The notes beneath the pieces are model-generated. The model searched no databases. It was not told where the DNA came from and saw only the letters and a list, made by a program, of their open reading frames with translations. Positions 16,483 through 27,000 of a stretch of 55,826 nt of DNA are shown here, piece after piece. Location: assembly GCA_002269645.1 (NCBI GenBank), contig NIVC01004194.1, forward strand, positions 1 through 55,826, read 5' to 3'. The stretch comes from Macrostomum lignano. Its lineage: Eukaryota. The position numbers were made by a program, and so were the translations under genes. Every line of letters starts with the position of its first letter. Within the stretch, counting starts at the first letter, position 1.

Positions 16483-16693
16483 ACGGAAGAGCGGCAGAGA
16501 ACGATAGCCCTGAGGAAGCCGCACTCATAGAAGAGGCTACTGCGATCAGCCAATGGCCACACAGCACGGAAGTGCGGCTTCCCCATGGGGAACTGGAGTC
16601 CTTTATTCATAACACAGAATCCCCGCTTTCCCAAGCTGACTTCCCTCCGGCTGAGCTGGACTGACCGCCTTTCCTCCCGTCAGTTCCCCCAGC

Positions 16694-17979
16694 ATGGCGC
16701 GCCTGTTTCGCGCCACGGCGCGCAAGGGCCAGTGGAATCGAGCCCTGGACTACGGCAAAGCGGTACCCCGGCCCAGGCCGCTGGTCTGCTGCCTCATCAG
16801 CATGTGCCTCATCACCTGCCTGTGGCTGGCGAGCCGGTCAGGTGAGTGCTGCGTTAAATTTGTTTTGGAGTGACTTACTGGGATTTGAGATTCTGGGATT
16901 CCGTACTTTGGGAACTTTTATACTTGCCGGGCTGACCGATTCAGAGGAAGAACTAAATTATTAAGGGATTAATTTGCTAAGAAAGGCTTCATCATTCATC
17001 ATTTTCTCTGCATCGCGAGGCTGAGTGGGGCAGGGGAGTTGCTTAATTAAACTAATTATGCACCAGCTTTGCCTCCTCTTTCTGCCTGGCCAAGCAGCCT
17101 CTATACATGTAGGTTGGGAGGGGGCCTTTGACCCTCGTGACTCTCCGTATTACTTTTGAAATCTGGGCTGTGAGCTGTGAAAGTCCACAAGGTGTTTGAC
17201 GTGACGCTTACAACATTCATATATTAAATAAGTCGAAGTTTGTGAATTTTGTGAATTTTCCGCCACTTGCCCACTTTGTTACGCCTAAGAAGAATTTAAT
17301 TACTAAAATAGATTTTTCATTTCGGATTTTTTAGAAACGCCATTGGCATGGTTACTAACTGTAGGCAATATTTCTACAGCCCAGTTATGCAGGTTTTGTC
17401 GCAATAATCACTCTTTGTTAAAGTCTTCAATCCTGAGCATATATTCTACCTATAGAAATAATTCTTCTGCTAAAAGAAATTAATTCGCACCCTTTTATCG
17501 AAGGAATTATTTCTAGCAGTCTAAATATAGCTTGCGCGATTGAGCAAGCCTAACCGATTTAGTATATGGACTAGCACTCCGCCCCCCCGCCGGGGTGCTC
17601 GGTTTTCAATAAGATTTTTATTCGAAACTCCAATGCACCCGCAGCCACTGCCGGCATCATTCTTCGCCGTCTCCATGGCGACGACCAGATGGCTAAAGTT
17701 GGAGTTGGCAGGTCGATACGGCAGCCATCCGTCGCTGCCGCGGCGGCCGCCGCCGCCGCTGCTCCGGGAAGTCGGCGACTGCTTTCGGCTTCATCATCTT
17801 CGTCTGACCCGAACGCCACCTACTACAACTACAAGTGCGAGAGGAAGAACTCCAGCACCAAGGCCGTAGTGGCCTGGGAGACCTGCGACACTGAGAAGGC
17901 AACTGGAAATCTTGGCGGCTGGATTGTGCTGTACATAGTGTGCACCATCATCATCTTCATCGGTGAGTGATGTACATAT

Positions 17980-18013
<34 letters not shown>

Positions 18014-21000
18014 ACTATCATGATCTTCATCGGTGAGTGAGGTACATATCAGTGTGTGTGCACTATCATGATCTTCATCGGTGAGTGAGGTACATATCAG
18101 TGTGTGTGCACTATCATGATCTTCATCGGTGAGTGAGGTACATATCAGTGTGTGAGTGCACTATCATGATCTTCATCGGTGAGTGAGGTACATATCAGTG
18201 TGTGTGTGTACTATCATGATCTTCATCGGTGAGTGAGGTACATATCAGTGTGTGTGTGCACTATCATGATCTTCATCGGTGAGTGAGGTACATATCAGTG
18301 TGTGTGTGCACTATCATCAACTTTATCGGTGAGTGATGTACATATCAGTGTGTGTGCAGCATCATCATCTTCAGCGGTGAGTGATGTACATCAGCGCATA
18401 AAAATGCTAGATTTAACAGGTACACGAGCATCGATTTAGCCTGAGACTTTGAAGTCCTTAGTGAAGGCTGCGCACTTCTGAGTCCTCTACAACACGCCTC
18501 TTAATTAAACAGGATTATTCTCCACTTGATTCCACTTGATTCCGTCTCTAAGCGGAACTTACAGTTCAAGCCTCCCTTCAAGTGGCATTTGAGATGAAGG
18601 AGGTTGGGCGTTAAACACGAGGCTGGAGTAGGCTGGGCTGCCTTCCTGAGCTGCCGCTGAGTTAAAGTAATCTTGTACATGTATATACGCATAGCAACTA
18701 TTTTTTTATTTACCGGTTAAACGGCACTGTCTCGTTATAAGGCCCTCGGGGGCCAAGAGGTTTTACTAATAATAAGGGCAGGCAGTTCTCTAGCCTGTCT
18801 GTCCGCCTCTTCAGGCAGGCGGGGTGGGAAGACAGTTCCTAACTATCTTTCAAATAGGAAACTGATTGCAGCCTCTTTCTGTCGAGGTTGTCAAGACGAC
18901 CGCGAGGCTGTAAGGGAGGGTAGCGGGGCGGTGGACAAGCCTGCAGAGTCTCACTTTATAGGAGGTTCAGCTCTCAAGACCAGCCTGCAAAACGGAAAAT
19001 CGAGGGAGGAAAATTTCCTGAAAATCTGACAGAGGACCTCTAAGGTTTCTTGGGCTAGGCAGAGGGTGGATGTGCAATGAAGAGCGCTCCGCAGACAGCG
19101 GCAGTTAAGGGGATTATCTCAAGGCGGATTAGAGAAGATTACGAAGGTAGATTAAGCAATATGAAACTTTATGCGGGGGGCTCTGTATGCCGCTTCTGCC
19201 TGTGCGAACTTCGGGAAGTGGCCGATCGTGCAGGAAGTGATGCCCATACAGGGCGTGGCCATAAACTGCGAGCCATAATCTGCTTCCAGGAAAAATACGC
19301 TATATTTCATGCAGGATTATACTGCTATCTTCTTGCGCAGTTCCTTTACAGTGATTAGCCTAAAAATGTAACACTGAGCTTCCGATTAAATCGATCTGAG
19401 AATTGCAGTTAGCAGCGGTCCTGACCGGTTGTTCTAGAGTTTCACTTCTCATGATTATATAAGGGCGATAATTTTTGGGGATTGATTATCGAACAGTCTG
19501 CTTGAGGCCGGGTTGAGATTTGGATTAACTTCAGCGATTCTAGGTGAAGGAAATAAAGAAGTGTAAAAGGCAATGGGTGATTAATTGAGTGGATGAGAGG
19601 TGCAGTCACAGGTGCAGTCAGAGGTGCAGTCAGAGGTGCAGTCACAGGTGCAGTCACAGGTGCAGTCACAGGTGCAGTCACAGGTGCAGTCAGAGGTGCA
19701 CCAGAGCCGATTTTCCTCCCATCCCGCAGCCGTGGCCATTGTGTGCGACGACTTCTTCGTGCCCTCGCTGGAGATCATCTCGGAGAAGCTGAACCTCTCG
19801 GAGGACGTGGCCGGCGCGACCTTCATGGCGGCGGGCAGCTCAGCACCCGAGCTGTTCAGCTCAGTGGCCGCCGTGGCCTTCGACTCTGACGCCGGGGTCG
19901 GCACCATCGCTGGGTGCGTCTCTCTCATCTACTCTCACTGTCTCCTTCGTCTACTCTCACTGTCTCCCTTATCTACTCTCCCCGTCTCCCTTATCTACTC
20001 TCCCCGTCTCCCTTATCTACTCTCCCCGTCTCCCTTATCTACTCTCCCCGTCTCCCTTATCTACTCTCCCCGTCTCCCTTATCTACTCTCCCCGTCTCCC
20101 TTATCTACTCTCCCCGTCTCCCTTATCTACTCTCCCCGTCTCCCTTATCTACTCTCCCCGTCTCCCTTATCTACTCTCACTGTCTTCCTCACCTACTCTC
20201 CCTATCTCCATCATCTACTCTCCCCTATCTCTCCCATCTACTCTCCTCCATCTTTCTCATCTACTCTCCCCGTCTCCATCATCTACTCTCCTTCATCTCC
20301 CTCATCTACTCTCCCCATCTACCTCATCAACTCTCCCTCATATTCCTCATTTACTCTGTTGTAATCAAATGCAGATTCGACTTTGACTGACTCAGGCAGT
20401 TGGCAAGAAAGTTTAATCAAATTATTTTAATCTGCTGAGAATTTTTATAATATTTCAGTTCCGCCGTCTTCAACCTGCTTGTGATCATCTCTTTGACTGC
20501 CGCTTTCGCGGGAAAGGTGAATTTTTAATTAATGCAACTTTCTTAGAAAATTTTGACCATAAAGAAAGAGTCTCTCGTTAAAATCCACTTCGATAAAGAA
20601 GTTGCAGTGCTTCCGAGGCAAATATGTCTCAAATCCTCGCAAAAGTCATAGATATAGAAAAAATACGGTCAATTCATAATATATTAATATAGACTGGCTG
20701 CTGAGGACTGAAATGAACTGAAAAGCCTCGGCGCGTTATGGGTTAGGCTAAAGCGCGGACGCACAACGCGGTTTCACCATGGATGAATGAATAGAATGGA
20801 TTGCTATTCTGGCTCTGGCTATTTTCGTTTTTGACTCTTTTGCATCCAGTTCCCCCCGTGCCTTTTCATTGGTTGATGATTGCCATATGATGATGATGTT
20901 GAAATTCTCAGTTCTTTGCGCTTGTGCATCGAAAGAAAGGGGCGAAGGCCGAAAATTGTCTATGGCAATCATCAACCAATGAAAAGGCACGGGGGGGAAC

Positions 21001-24000
21001 CGGATGCAAAAGAGTCAAAAACGAAAATAGCCAGAGCCAGAATAGCAATCCATTCTATTCATTCAGCCATGGGTTTCACGTCCACAGAAACTGTCTATGG
21101 TTGAAAAAGCTTTAGCTATATGCTTCGTGGCGGTTTCGCAGTCCGCGGAGACTGTCTATGGTTGAAACCCAAATAGAGTTTGAAGCATTGTCGGCTGATT
21201 TTCCATGCAAGAATGGCATTCTTGCACTCTTTTGCGTGCAGGAATGGATGTCTATGGTAAAATCTCACTGAAAAAGCATTAGGCGCAGAAATGCATTCCT
21301 GCACGGTTTTGTGCATTCCTGCACGATGAATCATCCGACAATGGAATTCCTTCACGTTCACTCGTGCGTGAAGGACATCGTGCACTCGTGCGCTAGCGCG
21401 CACTCGTGCAGATGTCATTCCCGCACTCGTGACCGTGCAGGAATATATCATTCTTATTTGATCCAGCGTGCAAGAATGCTTTGGAAGTCGCCATATGCGT
21501 GCAGAAATGCAAGTGTCTATGGTAAAAGCACCTTGAATTTGCATGTGCACTCCGTGCAGGAATGTCAATCGTGCAAGAATGTAATGCGCAATGTTTCTAT
21601 ATTTAGCATAACAGCCATAGACTACAAGCATAATCTTCTTTCCATCGTGCAAGAATGTTCAGACTAGCTCGCGCATATTTTTTCTATGGTTCAAGTCTAA
21701 CTCCACACTCCCAGCTGCACCCTTGTCTACTTTAGCCACACATGTTGAATCAAATAAGAATGGGAATCAAGCACTTTGACTTGTGCGTCTATGGCAAAAA
21801 CCCTCGTGCGCTACGCGCACTCGTGTTTCAGCCATTGACGCACTCGTCAGCGTGCTAGATTCCTCCATTCTTCTCTTGGTGGGTGGGAGAGAGAATAAGA
21901 TTTAAACAGCTTTAAGGTTCGGAAATAGCCATGTTTCACTGGGAATCAATACTAGAGGAAGATATTAGCGGTTTAGAAATGAATGAGATTGAGTTTCTGC
22001 AGCAACTTTGCCATCGTGATCCTGGTGAAGAAGTTAGTCAGTGGACCGGTGTGACCGTAAGACAGCAGGAGTTGATTGACGCAGAATTGTCCAATCCAAG
22101 CATTCTGAATAATGCCGAGCTTCTGCGGGAACTGACGGAAGAAGAGGAAGCTGCTGTGCAAGACGTCGAAGAGGCTGCCAAACGCAAATCGACCACGGAT
22201 CAAACCGCTCTCCATGTGAAGCGCTTCAAAAAATATCTGGTGGACCAGAAACTGCCGGACAACATCGAAACAATGCCGATCCGCTATCTTTGTGCCTATA
22301 TGCGGCTGTGGTTTGTGTCACTGAGGACTCAGGAAGGCAAGCCATACGCTGTCCGAAGTCTGGTGTGCTTCAGGGCGTCTATTCATCGGTACGTGCTGGA
22401 GACAAGGAACGTGCGAATTATAGGTAACACCGAATTTTTGTCGTTTGAACGGACGTACAAGGCATGCCTGATGACGGCTCTGAGGGAGAAAACGTCTATA
22501 GGCAATGCGTCTACGTACTGTCCAATTGATGACTCTGACTTCCATCGGCTGCGTGTGTATTTCGACCGTACGACACCGACACGTCTACAATTCGAGGTTC
22601 TGTTTAAAATCGTGTATGGATTCGGCTTCAGGGGCCGTGAGTGGCTGAGGGGATTGACGAAGGCCGACGTGAGGATTGACGAATGCGATGGAGTTTGATA
22701 TATCGACTTGGTGAAGGATGGTGTGGAGAAGACAGTAACGGCGGACGACCCAACCACACGAAAGTCGATCATTTTGGCCGAAACGCCGACTGACCCGAAT
22801 ACGTGTCCGGTTCGTGCGATGGAGATGTACCTGGCAAAAATACCAGATGACGTCGGTTGTCTGTGGCCTAAACCGCTGGAACGAGGGTTTTCCATGGAAG
22901 GTTTCTGGTATCACAAGAGCCTTGTACTCGGCAAACACTGGCTTAATGAGTTCATGAAGAAATTGTGTGAGCTGGCGGGACTGAGCAATCGTGCTCACAC
23001 CAATCATTGCATACGCGCCTCCGTTGTAACCAACTTGATGGAGGATGGCGTCAGCGTTTCCGAGATTCAAGCCGTGACCGGTCACAAACGAGCGGAGAGC
23101 GTTGAGCATTACAACAAGAGATTGAAGTTCTCCAAAAAAGTCAACCTATCCCGAGCAATCAGTGGGCGACTCTCTGGCACTGCGGAACAAACCCTGGCAT
23201 CGGCTGGTCAGAGCGCCAGCAACGCGGGAGCAAGTTCGACTGCTGGATGCATCGTACTGTCACAAAATACGACTGCGTTGGGCATGCCTGGGTCAATTGT
23301 AGCTAACCAGGGCGTATCGATTGGTGCCAACCAGGCGAGCCTTTTTTGAGAACTGCAAATTTGAGAATTGCACATTCAACATTACACCACGCTAACTGAC
23401 AGATGTAACTATTGAGGTAACTATTGATGAACTCTCCAGCCACATATCATTTTGAGCTTCCAAGCGTTATTTACTGAATTATTTCGTTTACTTCGTGTTT
23501 CATTCCTGTTGTGTTTGGTCTTGTGTTTGTTGGCAGTGAAATATACAGTGGCTATAAGTGATGAATTGAACATAATTGAAATATGCTTCAACCATAGACA
23601 GTGACGGCGGACAAATGTAGAGCGTTTCAATCGCGTTTCAACCCAGGCAGCCTACCCATAACTAATATTCTTAATATACGAGCTATTTCTCCAATTTTCA
23701 ATTTTTTTTTTCATTTGCACAGAAATATTCCTTGATTCCGTCAAAATAATACATAGAGCATAAATAAATATTCTTCAATTGCATCAAAATATCCCCAAAT
23801 CCATATAGACACACCAAATTACACTAAATATCCTAATTCCATCTAGACATCCCAAATTACACTAAATATCCCCAATTCCATCTAGACATCCCAAATTACA
23901 CTAAATATCCCCAATTCCATCTAGACATCTCAAATTACACTAAATATCCCCAGTTCAATCTAGACATCCCAAATTACACTAAATATCCCCAGTTCAATCT

Positions 24001-27000
24001 AGACATCCCAAATTACACTAAATATCCCCAGTTCAATCTAGACATCCCAAATTACACTAAATATCCCCAGTTCAATCTAGACATCCCAAATTACACTAAA
24101 TATCCCCAATTCCATCTAGACATCCCAAATTACACTAAATATCCCAAATTCCATCTAGACATCCCAAATTACACTAAATATCCCCAATTCCATCTAGACA
24201 TCCCAAATTACACTAAATATCCCCAGTTCCATCTAGACATCCCAAATTACACTAAATATCCCAAATTCCCTAACTGCTAAGAAAGATCTCCAACCGCCCA
24301 CGCAACCATCAGGTTTTACACCTGGACTGGAGACCGCTAGTCAGGGACTCCATCTTTTACCTGATCTCCATCATCTACTTCATCGTGATGATGTACGATT
24401 CGGTAGTGCAGATCTGGGACGCTGTGGTCCTGCTGGTTCTGTACATCGTGTACATCGTGCTGATGGTCCTGAACCCCAGGCTGATGAACAAGCTGGCCGA
24501 GCTGGAGAAGAAGTGCCGCTGCCAGTGGTTGGTGACGCCCAATTTTTGATTGACAGCTGCGTAGCAATGCCCTATCTTCTGGAAGACAGATGTTCTGCTG
24601 CAGAATGCAGAATCAGTTTGTTAAGGTTCTTAGGACTCTAATCCCTAATACCTAAACTAATGCTTTATTACCTAAGCGACTGATCCTCTAATACCTAAGC
24701 GACTAATCTTCTAATACCCAAGCGACTGATCCTCTAATACCTAAGCGACTGATCCTCTAATACCTAAGCGACTAATCTTCTAATACCTAAGCGACAAATC
24801 CTCTAATACCCAAGCGACTGATCCTCTAATATCTAAGCGACTAATCCTCTAATACCTAAGCGACTGATCCTCTAATACCTAAGCGACTAATCCTCTGATA
24901 CCCAAGCGACTGATCCTCTAATATCTAAGCGACTAATCTTCTAATACCTAAGCGACTGATCCTCTAATATCTAAGCGACTAATCTTCTAATACCTAAGCG
25001 ACTAATCCTCTGATACCCAAGCGACTGATCCTCTAATATCTAAGCGACTAATCTTCTAATACCTAAGCGACTAATCCTCTGATACCCAAGCGACTGATCC
25101 TCTAATATCTAAGCGACTAATCTTCTAATACCTAAGCGACTGATCCTCTAATATCTAAGCGACTAATCTTCTAATACCTAAGCGACTAATCCTCTGATAC
25201 CCAAGCGACTGATCCTCTAATATCTAAGCGACTAATCTTCTAATACCTAAGCGACTAATCCTCTGATACCCAAGCGACTGATCCTCTAATATCTAAGCGA
25301 CTAATCCTCTAATACCCAAGCGACTGATCCTCTAATACTCAAGCGACTGATCCTCTAATACCTAAGCGACTGATCCTCTAATACCTAAGCGACTGATCCT
25401 CTAATACCTAAGTGACTGGTCCTCTAATACCTAAGCGACTAATCCTCTAATACCTAAGCGACTGATCCTCTAATACCTAAGCGACTGATCCTCTAATACA
25501 TAAGCGACTGGTCCTCTAATACCTACAATCGACTAATCCTCTAATACCTAAGCGACTAATCCTCTAACTGCCAAGCCGACCTGTGGCTAACTCCCTAATG
25601 TATAGAGTCACTACTCCTATAATTTCTATACAAATAATAATAATTCTGACGCACTCCAACAATCCGTCCCTTTGAAGCCCCAATTATCTCCCGACTTACA
25701 ACCTCGAAAAGTTTTGCCGCGACTTTCCAGGAAATGTCCCCTCTGTACTCGCGAGTTCACCCCGCGCGCCGACCGCCTCTTTATAGGAAAATGTTTTCCC
25801 CATCCCCCGGCTCGCTTAAAGCAGGCCGCACTCCTTCGTTTCCAGTTCCTTAACGACCTATCGTCAATATCCTTAGCTACCTGTCTCCCTCTAATCTGTC
25901 ATCCAAACTTGACCAAAAATGTTACAAACAAGGTCTAAGCCCAGAATTTGTACTTTTAAACTGATACTGTTTGAATATGCCGAGTCCCGCACGATGAGAC
26001 TCGGGGACAGAGGAGGATAGAGTTTCGGTTCCTCTTCTTTTAAGTCCTCGCGGAACTCAAGCCGAGCATTCATCCGAATCGTGACGTCATTTCAGCCGGG
26101 TGGAGCCCGCCGAGGACGAGGAGCAACAGGCGGGCGACGAGGAACCGCAGCCCGAGCCGGGACGGCGGGTGAGACTGCATGGCGGGGAGGGGAAGACGGC
26201 GGGTGAGACTGCATGGCGGGGAGGGGAAGACGGCGGGTGAGACTGCATGGCGGGGAGGGGAAGACGGCGGGTGAGACTGCATGGCGGGGAGGGGAAGACG
26301 GCGGGTGAAATTACATGGCGGGAGGGGAAGACAGCGGGTGAGACTACAGGTTGGAGTGGAGGAGATGGCGGGTCAGACTGTGGGATTCGGGATACAGCGG
26401 GAGAGACTGGGGTGGAAGACAGCTCGTGTTCAAGATGACTACAGACTTAGGCTGGTATCAGTAGTCAGGTGAGACGTCTGAGAGCTACGGTAGCGCTCAG
26501 TTGCCGCTGGCTCCATCCGTCCCGCAGGCCTCCGTGATGTCGGCCTCCAGCGTTCACAGCCAGGAGAGGCGGCACTTCCGGCACGACCGCAGGAACTCCG
26601 TGCTGCTGAACCTGCACAGCTCGCCATCCGGACTGCGCACCGAGCGGCGGGAGAGCGTTGGACAGTCCACGGTGAGGGCCCGGGTTCGAGTCTTCGCGTT
26701 GGGATTGGCGCCGGAGTTTGGAAACCTCAGCGAAGGAATAGAATGGATTGCTAATCTAGCCAGCATCATGGATGATGGATTAGAATGGATTGCTAATCTA
26801 GCCTGCATCATGGATGAAGGATTAGAATGGATTGCTAATCTAGCCAGCATCATGGATGATGGATTAGAATGGATTGCTAATCTAGCCTGCATCATGGATG
26901 AAGGATTAGAATGGATTGCTAATCTAGCCTGCATCATGGATGAAGGAATAGAATGGATTGCTAATCTAGCCAAAATCATGGATAAAGGATTAGAATGGAT

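Noticed and set aside
18690-19420. Possible retroelement 3' fragment in NCKX intron 2
   Set aside because: The A-rich end and mixed composition are suggestive, but no recognisable domain or TSD.
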